In this document: one piece after another, positions 1 through 11,042 of the stretch | Layout: each line of letters opens with the position of its first letter | Position numbering within the stretch: position 1 is the stretch's first letter | NCBI RefSeq assembly: GCF_009914755.1 | Contig: NC_060947.1 | DNA: 64,000 nucleotides | Reading direction: 5' to 3' (one strand) | Source of the DNA: the human T2T-CHM13v2.0 reference genome, Homo sapiens | Made by a program: the position numbers and the translations under genes | Notes under the pieces: model-generated | Seen by the model: only the letters and a program-made list of their open reading frames with translations | The model's database searches: none | What the model was told of the DNA's origin: nothing

Positions 1-2
1 TT

Positions 3-350
<348 letters not shown>

Positions 351-1885
351 TAAGATCAATATAAAGAAAGAAGCTATTTAGGAGATATGATATGCTACTT
401 GGGAGAAAACTCTCACTAACTGTCTCACCGGGTTTCAAAGCTTGATACTAAACCATGACTTTACATTCTTTGTATTAAAGATCTTAAAATATTTGAATTC
501 ACGGGGGATCCCATAGCCCTTTGAAAATTACTTAAAGAATTTAAGAAGCACTATAGAATGGTTACAGAAAAACTTCTTAAGTATCTGTGTAATAGTATTA
601 TATGCATACTTAAACTACAGAGGGGAAAAGCAAAGACAAATACTTTATTTGGCTGATTATGTTAGATACAAATGTTTCTGAGAAGAGAATACATAATTGA
701 GTTTAGTGATGCTTTGCTATAGCAAGCAAACCCACTTTTATGCAATTTTAGAAATGGGGCAGGGAAACAAAATGTGGTCATTCATCAGTCACTTAGTCAT
801 TGAGCCTTTTATATTGTACCTGGAAATTAAATTCCAGCAATGACAAAAGTTTTGTGTATTCATTAAAAGAAAACTAACTGGAAAACAGGTTAGATTAATT
901 CAGTACTATTAAAAAAGAATTCAGAGCTGTTAATATTTTATCACAGGATAGGATACTTAAAATATAGCATTCTGTGCTGAGGTCTAAGGTGAAGTCTATA
1001 AAGATTAAAGTTCCCTTTTTTCTGATGTTCAAGTTGATTGTTGTTCAGTATGGCATATATGACAAAAGTATATTTGAGTCAAATGTGGCTTTCTAAAATG
1101 GATGCAACATTAGCGTTGCAAACAAAATCAGCACTATATTTCTTAATGATCTAAAGATTAATTTGAGAGAACACAGTTTTCTTAAATATTATAATGTCTA
1201 GAGTTTTTTTAGGACAGTCTTAGCAAGTATGATTGTTCTAGTCTTACTTGCTCTAATGTTTAAAGGTGCAATTTTATGCCATTATTGAAATTGATTTTTA
1301 AAATCTATATACCATATGATTAACATGCATTTTCAATATGAGGCAGTGTTTATGCAGTATTTAACAGAGCAATCTGCTGCCAATAGAGTTTGGAGGTGGA
1401 TATTTAGTTTACAGTGTATAAACTTAAAATATGCATCCCTTTAACAACGCTTTGTGTTAGCATGCTGCAAATCAAAATGGCACTTAATATTAAAAGCTGG
1501 TTTAGGGAAATTTTATGAAAATCCTGTTCATAAATGTAATGCATATGATATGTACTTTTAAGTTTTAGTTGCTTCATGTTTACATTCAGCTGTTCAACAT
1601 AATTAAAATGTAATTTTACTTCATGCTATATTGTGGCTTTGTGTTTCAAATAATGTTCACCTTTCTGTTTTTGCACCAGATAAGAATCAGTTCCTTGAGA
1701 ATAAATTTTTTATCTTTCTTAACTTCAGAATATTAAATTTGGAATATCTACTAAAATTGTGTGTTATGTGGCTGTAAATGATGTACACGCTGTAAAATAA
1801 GATCGCTACTGTTATGTGGGATTATTATTTCTAAATGTTACTCATTGAAATGAGCATACAATAAAAAGCATTTATTGCACTTAAT
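351..1885 (+). other. ZNF711: ZNF711 3' UTR (AU-rich, no recognisable repeats)
   Basis: Follows the stop codon; AATAAA at 1700-1705 and 1860-1865, the latter followed by a T-rich tract. The 3' end is inferred. Confidence 0.75.
1860..1865 (+). terminator. Probable main polyadenylation signal of ZNF711
   Basis: AATAAA with upstream TGTA motifs and downstream GT/T-rich sequence (ggttttataag). Confidence 0.7.
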
Positions 1886-2419
1886 GGTTTTATAAGTTTA
1901 TTTAAAGTTTCCATATTTTTTATTAAAAGACTTCACTTCAGAGTTACTTAGGCAGATTGGTCCTTTCTTTAATGTCTTGTTGAATTTTGTTCATGAACAA
2001 CAACATGAACTAGGAATTTAAACAGTTACGATGACTATGTAATGCATATTTCTTAAGAATGTATGTTATTTGCTAAAATCATAATGAAATACTATAAATA
2101 AAAGTGTCCATTTTAAGATCTTAGATTTCATATTAGAGAGAAAACTAAAAGTTCTTAACTTGCTTAAATGACACAATCCTGAGCAGTGAATACATCTAAT
2201 TATGTTCCCAATATACATTCAAAAGGAAAAGTATTGTTGTGTGTATTTGGCAAAGATTTCTGCAAATGAGCATAAAAATAACTTTCTATGTTCAAACCAG
2301 TGAGCATTTCATATAATTCTATATATATGGCACTGTTAGTTAAGACTCTTTGTCAGTTGAATTATTAATTATTAATTAATCACTAGCAGAAAAGGAAAAT
2401 ATCAGCCTCACATGTTAGA

Positions 2420-2537
2420 CCAGTGCTTCTTAAATCTAAAGTCTGTAGAGGCTCACCTAGGGAACTTGCTGAAATGCATATTCTGATTCAATAGATTTGG
2501 GGTGGGGCCTACAATTCTGCATTCCTATTAAGTTCCT
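2420..2537. mobile_element. MER5A-like hAT-Charlie DNA transposon fragment
   Basis: cagtgcttcttaaa...gaaatgcatattctgattcaatagatttggggtggggcctacaattctgcatt resembles the MER5A consensus. Confidence 0.6.
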
Positions 2538-2599
2538 ATGTGTTGCCACCATATGAGTAATAAGGTGGTAGACAAAAGCACCTGCTGTAATTCTGCCAC

Positions 2600-2790
2600 A
2601 TGTTAATTACTTTGCTTAAACAGATAGTTGTGGGTGAGTGGACAGAGGGAATTCTTACTGAGGACATGACATTAGAGCTGAGATATGAGTCGCAAGAAGG
2701 AGCTAGCCATATGAAGGTCTTGTGGAAGAGCAAGGCAGAGAAACCTGCAGGTGCAAACAACCTGAGATGCAACAAGCTTTGGCTGGACAA
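2600..2790 (-). mobile_element. L2 LINE fragment
   Basis: Degenerate L2-type motif gaggacatgacattagagctgaga...gaaggagctagccat...gaagagca. Confidence 0.5.
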
Positions 2791-2817
2791 TGGTTAGCAA
2801 GTGGGAGTGATAAGAGA

Positions 2818-2900
2818 CGGTTGCAGTGATCCGAGATCGCGCCATCGCACTCCAGCCTGGGTGACAAGAGTGAAACTCCGTTTCAAAAAAAAAAAAAAAA
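2818..2900 (+). mobile_element. 5'-truncated AluS 3' fragment with poly(A) tail
   Basis: ggttgcagtgatccgagatcgcgccatcgcactccagcctgggtgacaagagtgaaactccgtttc followed by an A16 tail. Confidence 0.9.
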
Positions 2901-3459
2901 GAGATGAGACCTATGAGAAGTTTGAAACGGGAAGTCCTTGGGAAAAGTTAAGGAAAACAGTGCTGTTACATGTTTTGAAAATCACTCTGGAGGCTCTAAG
3001 AAATGTAGAGGAGCTGAACGATGCAGCCATGTTAAGTGGTTACTCTAGTTGTCATGGTTACAGTGGGGCTGGAGAAAAGTATATGGATTTTCTTCTACTT
3101 GTATATTGGGCTTAGAAAATGCCAGCCCAGGTAGAGCAGACATGAACTTCCTGGCATAAGGCTTTCCTACATACCAGGACAGATTCCACCTAGAATGTAG
3201 ATCTATAAGTCAAAGTACCTTCACAAGACAAAGAAAAAATTGGGAATTACTGAAAAATCATTTTTCCAGAACAGTTCAGGGTCATATGTGTAGATGGATT
3301 TATCCAATTGTCACTTTTAAATTGCTTATGCCATGATGGAGAAGATAGTATTTGGGAACTCTTACACAGATAGGGCCCTTAAGTTCAACTGCTCCTGTCT
3401 CTTACATGACAACCACAAGTTTAGTTTGAACCTTGAACTTCTCTTAAAGATATATATCC

Positions 3460-3670
3460 CTTTAATTGCAGAAAACCGTGTACAAAAATAGAAAAATATA
3501 ATGAACCTCTATATAGCCATCACCCAGCTTCAACAATTATCACTTTATGGCTAATCTTGTTTCGTTTGTATTCTTCCTCACTTATCCCTTCATCCACTTA
3601 CACCTGATTAGCTTATTTTGATGCATCCTTCCCCTACTAGTTTAATTTGTAGCAAATCCCAGACATATTT
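3460..3670 (-). mobile_element. Old L1ME-type 3' end fragment
   Basis: tataatgaacctctatatagccatcacccagcttcaacaattatc motif typical of L1ME 3' UTRs. Confidence 0.55.
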
Positions 3671-5809
3671 GCAACAATTTTTGAAGGATATAGCACAATT
3701 CTTGACATGCCTACTTCCAAGGGGGAAATGACTCGTCCTCTATGAAGGCAGAGGAACAAAATAATCATCTCATTTAACTCTTTCAACTTCCCCTTGTGAG
3801 AACCAAGAAAAAGCTGACTAGGCTTGGAATTCTATACAGTACGATTTTTTTGAACTAATAAGGCTTTAGAGAAGCTGCAGGGCTAGATTAGAACCCTAGA
3901 ATATAATTGGTTTGAGACCATTCCCAATCTCCCAACTTTGTTCAGCTCCACCCTGTCTTTCCAAAAGAATTATAACTTGTAAATTTGGAACTGATTGAGA
4001 AAGATCTCTTAGAGTCTTGGATCCTGGATAAGAACTGGATATTGTTATGAGGGGTCTTTAGATTCCTAAAGGTCCTGCAGAAGAAATTGGCCAATTTGTA
4101 ACTTCAAGGGTATAGCACTAGATGTCTTAAACTAAAAATGTGTCGCTTGCCTGTTTCAGTTATGCCTTTCTCTTTGAGCATTACCCAAGTAACTACCCCA
4201 AAGGGAACTCTCCTCCATTTTAAAATCTGGACCAATTGACAATATTGACACTATCTCATTTAACCTATAATGTAAGTCCTAGTCACTCCCATCTGATTCC
4301 AAAACCCTCTTATCCTAGATTCCAGCACCATTCACCCATCATGACAAGGCTGGCTCATCAGACCCTTTTAGGGAACTAGAACAAAAAGCCTATATTTTCT
4401 CCCATTTAAAGAAATTCATCTGTCTTATTGGATCTTGGTACATATGATTTATAAGTATTCAACACTGTTAGCAAACAAACTACAGAATCAAAGCATTACA
4501 TTGGAAGCACTGTTCCTTAACATAAAGGATCTCTGGAACATATACTTCAATTTGAAAAAGAATTTTTTTAATGTGGTAGGATGGGAAACCAAACATAAAG
4601 GCTATGAACTTAACAACATCTCATTGTCTGTGTCAGGCCAATCTAAGATTACCAAGACTGCCTAGCTATCTAATTTTCTCATAAAACAATTCTGAGGTAT
4701 GTCTTCTTTAGGACTAAATATTGTTAAATGTTTTATTAAGAAAGATGCGTTTGTTTATTACTTCCTTTATTTAAATGTTTTCTATGTACTATTTCATATA
4801 TCCTAAGTTGTGCATGAAATACTTTGTATTTTTTTAACTGGACAAAAAGTACTATGGAAATCCAGTCAATTTAGTTTTGGCATGTGGTGGGGAAGATGTA
4901 CCTCATAAGGAAACCTTTTCACAACATATTATTTACTTTCAAAAGAATTATTTTCAAAAGAAACATGTCATCTTTGTAGATTGCAATAATGGGAAATGTG
5001 TGATGATGGCTTTTTGTTAAGGTGATCTAAATTGGGTAGTGAGATGGAAAGTTTTTTAAAGCTTTATTTTGTTCCTTTTGTACTGTCTATGTTAAGAAGG
5101 AGTAAGGCAACAAAAGCACCATTACAAGGATGGGAAGAATGCTTTATGGAACAAGTGAGTTATGGAACTTAGAAATCTAAGTTTGAAAGCAAAGAAATTC
5201 TAATTTAAAGAAGAAACTTGCTTCAACTGGAGGTTGAACTATGTTAAAGTAGTCCACATAAGGAAGTTTTCTGCTTTTGTTTTGTTTTTAATGAGAGTGA
5301 TGCTTGTTAGCTCCAACATAAACATTCACATGATGATAATTTCCTGACAAAAATATACAGCTAAGCTAAAAATCCTTCTGCATATTTCCTACTTGGACTT
5401 TCACACAAACCATGTAAATACTTCACATATTTTATTTAGACACATAAACAGATTACTTTGCATGTCATTGCGCAGTCTCCATTTTATGTGACAAATCTAA
5501 AGTGAAAACATACTGGAATAGAAATTAGATAAATAGGCACTCCTCACCTGACAACTTTGAAGTTTTCAGAGATAAGCAGTGTGAAACTTATGAGAGGGAA
5601 ATATATCACTACTACCTCTATTGATCTTAATCACAAATTGGAAAAGAAATACATATATTTAAATAGTCATTTAAATATATAGAACAGCTCTTTATATCAT
5701 CACATTTTGTATTACAATTTAAAAAATTGTTAAGTATGATAAGGACGTTGTTATGACCCCAATTCACTATCCATGGATCAAGTGAGCTAATAAAGTGCTG
5801 GCTTCTTAC

Positions 5810-6258
5810 TTTTTAAAATCTTTGTGGATATATAATAGGTGTATATATTTATGAGATACATGAGATATTTTGATACAGGCATGCAATGTGAAATAATCAC
5901 ATCATGGAGAATTGGGTATCCATCCACTCAAGTATTTATTTGTGTTACAAACAATCCAATTATACTCTTAGTTATTTGTACAATTAAGCTATTATTGACT
6001 ATACTCACCCGGTTGTGCTATCAAATACTAGGTCTTATTTATACTTTCTAACTACATAGTTTTTGTACACATTAAGCATCCCCAGTTCCCCTCGCACACC
6101 CCTTTTCCCAGCCACTAGTAACCATCCTTCTACTCTCTATATCCATGAGTTCAATTGTTTTGACTTTTAGATCCCGCAAATAATTGAGAACATGCAATGT
6201 TTGTCTGTTTCTGGCTTATGTCACTTAATATAGTGACCTCTAGTTCCATCCATGACTC
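5810..6258 (-). mobile_element. L1MA 3' end fragment overlapping the POF1B 3' UTR
   Basis: gtatatatttatgagatacatgagatattttgatacaggcatgcaatgtgaaataatcacatc...aaccatccttctactctctatatccatgagttcaattg...ttccatccatg is the reverse complement of an L1MA 3' UTR. Confidence 0.85.
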
Positions 6259-7941
6259 CTTAACTGCCCCTGAATTTTTGACACTATTATTTTTAAGTAT
6301 TTTGGAAAACTCACATCTGTTCTCATTTTTAAACCTTAATAATAACAATTTCCTACTAAGCTAATAAAACTTCCCCTTATATTATTTGTAATGTGTGCAT
6401 AACATAGTACACTTTTGTTACAGTTACATATATGAATAGTTAGCAGAGGAGAAACTCCTCCGTTGTTCCTACACCAAGGGAAAAAATGTAAGGACTGTAT
6501 AGCTCATGAAGAATATTAACATTTTTCTATCACAAAATATTGATAAAATTGGAATTGTATCAATTCATGTTATGGAGCTTAACATTTTAGCCGAAATATT
6601 AAGATAATATAAATAAGGCTTTTAGCTTCATATCAAGACCTATTTGAACACTTCTAGAAAAGAACATTAAAAGTTTTTTCCTCATTTATGGTTTGATTTA
6701 GTGTAGTGCCTCAACTGTTCTTAATGGTGTCTTAGTATAATGCATAATTATTAGAATATAATTATAAGGCATTACAGAATTTTATGTGGATACTTGCAAA
6801 GATATTTCAGTCCAAAACTTCAAATTACACACCCAAATATGTTTGTTGCCTTAATCTATACTTGGACAAAGGCAACATTTTAATTTTTGCTAAGTCTTAA
6901 CTTTAGCCAGATGGGTTGAAATTTAAAATTTTCATCCTCATCTTGCATTGAAAAAATACTTGTGTTCAGTTATGTTCACTTTGTAAGGTCATTAAAGCCT
7001 AATTGCTAAATCAACTTCTAAGTATACTAAATACTCTGCTACAAAATATTTCTCCCAAGTAGGATAAATCTATCAAGTATTTGTTGCTGCTATTTTTATT
7101 CCCTAAGTCTTTATATCTATGTAATATTTCAATGATATGTTTGCATACCACTATGAAAAAACTTACCTTCCTTACACCTACTACTACCACATTGTGTTAT
7201 ATGTTTTTTAAGAAGTAGGTAGGCTCATTTGGGGAAGGTATGCTTTGAAAGAACAGATTTGCCAAGGGACTAGTATGTACTTAGAACCAGAATAGCATAC
7301 TGTATAATTTAGTGGACTTAGTTATTTCAAAAGATATTATTCCACTTCCCTGCTAAATGAAATTAATCATCACCTTTGACTTTCAAGAGGTGAAAATAGC
7401 GTGTAATAAAGCATATCTTTTAGTCATCAGGCCTACTGTGAAAAGCAAATACAGACTGTATATATTATATACTAGCTGTTATTTTTTGCTTCAATTGTAT
7501 TTTATCTCTTTTGTTAAAAAAACATGATTTCATCTTGTAACTGAACTGCACATATAATATCAGAGAAAATCTTCTAATGGCATGACTTGTAAAATCTCTA
7601 CCCCAACAAATTAGTTTGATATCTAGGAGGTACCTTATCTGAAACATAATGAGTTATGTTCTACAGTGTCTGCAATCAAACTTTAAACAATCAGGTCCCT
7701 CTTTCAGTTAGTATGTTGTTATACTGAATACATGAGTGTTATGGAAAAGATTTAGGTCTCATAAATGGGTGAAGAAATTGTCATCTACAGAACTAATTCA
7801 TTCCATTAGATTTCTTGGGTAGCAGCATGGTTCCAAATTCTGATTGGCCTTTAGTGATGGAAAAATAACAAAGTACTAATGCAGAGACACACACACACAA
7901 AAAAAACGGCTTTGAGTTGTAATACTTTAAAGTGGATCCAT
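5915..7941 (-). other. POF1B: POF1B 3' UTR (terminal exon)
   Basis: Follows TGA at 7944-7942; minus-strand AATAAA (tttatt) at 5935-5940 gives a ~2 kb UTR. The end is inferred. Confidence 0.65.
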
Positions 7942-7947
7942 TCATGG
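7942..7947 (-). CDS. POF1B: POF1B last coding exon (exon 17): Pro-stop
   Basis: Strong acceptor ttttttcttttctag|CCA TGA completes the C-terminus ...EDKYTC-P*. Confidence 0.85.
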   Translation of the reverse strand, partial: P

Positions 7948-8899
7948 CTAGAAAAGAAAAAAAAAGGTTATCTTACAACTGGTTCATAATTAAAGTCATT
8001 GTTACTATATGCAAAGTTATGGAAAATTATTTAAATTGGTATGTATAAAACCAAAGGACATGTATTGCACTTTTGTGGCACTCTTTTATATATATATATT
8101 CAATGAAACAATGATTTGTCTTTCTTACTTTACTCATGGTATGTTTCAAATGACTTTAAGCAAGAGTGAAGGACAATTAAGTAGATTTCCTTCTTAGTAA
8201 TATTTAGAGTTTAAATATGTCCAATTGTCTCTTAATAAATATGGATTTTCATCTGTGAATGCATTTAAATATATTCTGACCTTGCTATCAGTATCTATAG
8301 ATTCTTCAAATATCAATTTTGATTTTTACTGCTGCACATTTTTAATGGAGAGAGAAGTAGTGGCTACTATTCTGTAGAAACTTTATTTGGCAGGTCTTCA
8401 TATTGCCACCTCTGGGATACATGTGGTTAGGGTTAGTGGCAGCAATTGCTTCTCAGTCTTAACTTTGGGCATCAAATTATCTTTGAGTGGCCAATTTTAA
8501 ATTCTATGGGTTAATAATTAGTAGTAAGTAATTTTCAGCTAACTAATGACCTAACAAAAACAACATTTCAGAGTTTAAATGCAGTTATTTTTACTTTGGG
8601 ATTACTAAACATTGGTTGTTTTCATTGATGATAACAACCATACTTAAAAGATTGATGGCTGGATTGTAGTTAAAGAAGGGCTTCAGCGCTAAAGAAACTT
8701 TTTGAATTTTTTTGTTGACTCAAATATTTGAGCTTGTTCAACCAAAAGATGTTTCTAGAAGTTATTTAACAGATGTTTAGATGTTTAATTTTATTAACTA
8801 TACATCTGAAGCATAATTTTTAAATATTTTTCAAAAGGTTCTGCAGAATACTGGATTGATATTTGTATATTTGTCTATTGCTCACCACGGTACACTTAA

Positions 8900-9150
8900 G
8901 CATTTTAAGGCTTTTACTGAAGTACAATAAACATGTAGAAAGAAATGGACATATTATAAGTATTCGAATAAATGAATTTTCCCAAACCGAACATGCATAT
9001 GTAACCATCTCCCAGATAAAGAAACAGAACATTATTAAGACCTTGAATCTCTCCTTATGCTTCCTTTTAATCAGTATCCACCCCACAAGGATAACCATTT
9101 CTTCATTTAATAGCCATAGATTTAGTTTTGCCTACTTTTATACCTCAGTA
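8900..9150 (-). mobile_element. L1ME-type 3' fragment
   Basis: aatgaattttcccaaaccgaacatgcatatgtaaccatctcccagataaagaaacagaacatt motif. Confidence 0.55.
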
Positions 9151-9380
9151 GTTTGACAGGTAGATAATTTTATCATAAGAAGTCAAAGGCTGTCATTTTC
9201 ACAATGTTTTAAGTCAGATCTGTATGATTTGAGAACTAGAATCCTCAAACATTTCTCTGTTCATTTCACCAGAAGGATATCACACATTCCTATGATCCCT
9301 ACCAGTGGCTTACTATTAGAATCTCTTGCACCAGTGTAGGAGTATATAATTAGGAAAAAAACCCAAGAGCATTCTGTTAG

Positions 9381-9595
9381 CAGAGTTTTTCAACCTCAAC
9401 ACTATTTATTAGGGGCTGGATAATTCTTTGTTATGGGAGACTGTCCTGCACATCGTAGTATGTTCAGAAGCATCCTAGTTCTCTAACCACTAGATGCCAA
9501 TAACACCCACCCCTCTGGTTGTGAAAACCAAAAATGTCTCTAGACATTGCTAAATGTCCCGTAAGGTACAAAATTGTTGCTGTAGAGAGCAACTG
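9381..9595. mobile_element. MER20 DNA transposon
   Basis: gggctggataattctttgttatgggagactgtcctgcacatcgtag...aaccaaaaatgtctctagacattgctaaatgtccc matches the MER20 consensus. Confidence 0.85.
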
Positions 9596-9609
9596 TGCTA
9601 GGGAATATA

Positions 9610-9925
9610 TAGTTGGCCCTTGGTATTCATGGGTTCCCCACCAATGATGGGTTGAAAATATTCAGGAAAAAAATCATTTCTGTACTGAACATGTACAGAC
9701 TTTTTTTTTTTTTACTGTTATTACCTCCTAAACAAGACGGTATGACACGTACTTAGAATTTACATTGAATTAGTTATTGTAAGCTAGAAATGACTTAAAG
9801 TATACAGTAAGATGTGCATAGGTTATATGCAAATATTATGCCGATAAGGGACTTGAGCATCTACAGATTTTGATATCTGTAGGGGATCCTGGAACCAATC
9901 TCTCATGGATATTGAGGGACAACTA
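9610..9925. mobile_element. MER2 (Tigger-family) DNA transposon
   Basis: Terminal inverted repeats tagttggccct.../...agggacaacta with TA flanks; internal tctgtactgaacatgtacagac and agggacttgagcatc. Confidence 0.85.
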
Positions 9926-10722
9926 TATATCCCCTATTTGATGATCATTACTTTAAAAGTTAATAGAGCAATATGTAAAAGTTTTAGGGAAGTAGCTCTC
10001 AGTCCTTTATAAGAAGGTTTCAATAATCAGTCCCCTTAGCAATGGATTGGACCACTTAGAAAGATGCTAAGGTCCATGTCACCTGGCCATTTTGGAGGAT
10101 GTTGTAGAAGGTAGAGTAAATATTGGAGTATATGATGTTTAAAGTACTCTTCAGCAACCTCACTATAACTGTGGGATTTAAGGCTGGAGGATGTTACAGT
10201 CTAGTGAGGAAGCTAGAAACATCTCTTCTTTCTAAATCCTAATATATATAATATATATATATATAAAATCCACAGGAATAAGTACCACATGCAAGATTGC
10301 AAGACAAATTCTATTGAAACATGCCTCTTCTCCATTTTCCAGTTGCCTTCATAATTGTCTATGATATTTGCTACCTGCTTTAGAAAAAGGGAAACTGTTT
10401 TGGAAAATTTTAATGGAACCCATTCAATAACTACCGAGCTAGGCAAGAAAATAAATAAAATTAGCATATCACTAATGTTAATCTTCTTCCTTTTGAGGGG
10501 CAAAAATTATATTTATATTATAGCTTAAATAATCAATTATATTGCCACATGTATGAATCTTTCCAAAATTTGTTAATTCCCACTATATATCAATAATGGA
10601 AACAGAAAATCTCAAAAGAAAAAAATACTCAAAGTTTTTAGTTCATTTGATATTTTACCTCAATTTTAAAAGGCTGTACATATATCGTCAAAATAGGGCT
10701 AAAAATGCCCAAGTGAACTTAC

Positions 10723-10837
10723 ACAAGTGTATTTGTCTTCTGTTTTCTCAATCACAATAGTCTGTGTTTCACTACCTGGTGGTATATATTCGTAGTCATC
10801 ATATAGGAGGCCTAGGATTGGATATTGTGTCCTGTAC
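10723..10837 (-). CDS. POF1B: POF1B exon 16, 115 nt: (K)YRTQYPILGLLYDDYEYIPPGSETQTIVIEKTEDKYTC
   Basis: caacag|G TAC AGG...ACT TGT|gtaagt; phase 2 in and phase 0 out, compatible with neighbouring exons. Confidence 0.93.
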
Positions 10838-11042
10838 CTGTTGGCAAGAAAAGAGTTAGTTTACAGGCTGCATGAGAAAATAACTTTCATTCCTTTTTAG
10901 TCACTCCTAGTTTGATTGCCCTAATTAAGCCAATTCGGCTCTGAATGACTTTTTAACTGTTACTGAAAAAACAAAAAAATAAAAAAACCCTATTTCAATG
11001 GACAGAGATGTACAACCATTATTTTCAAGAAAATAAAATAGA

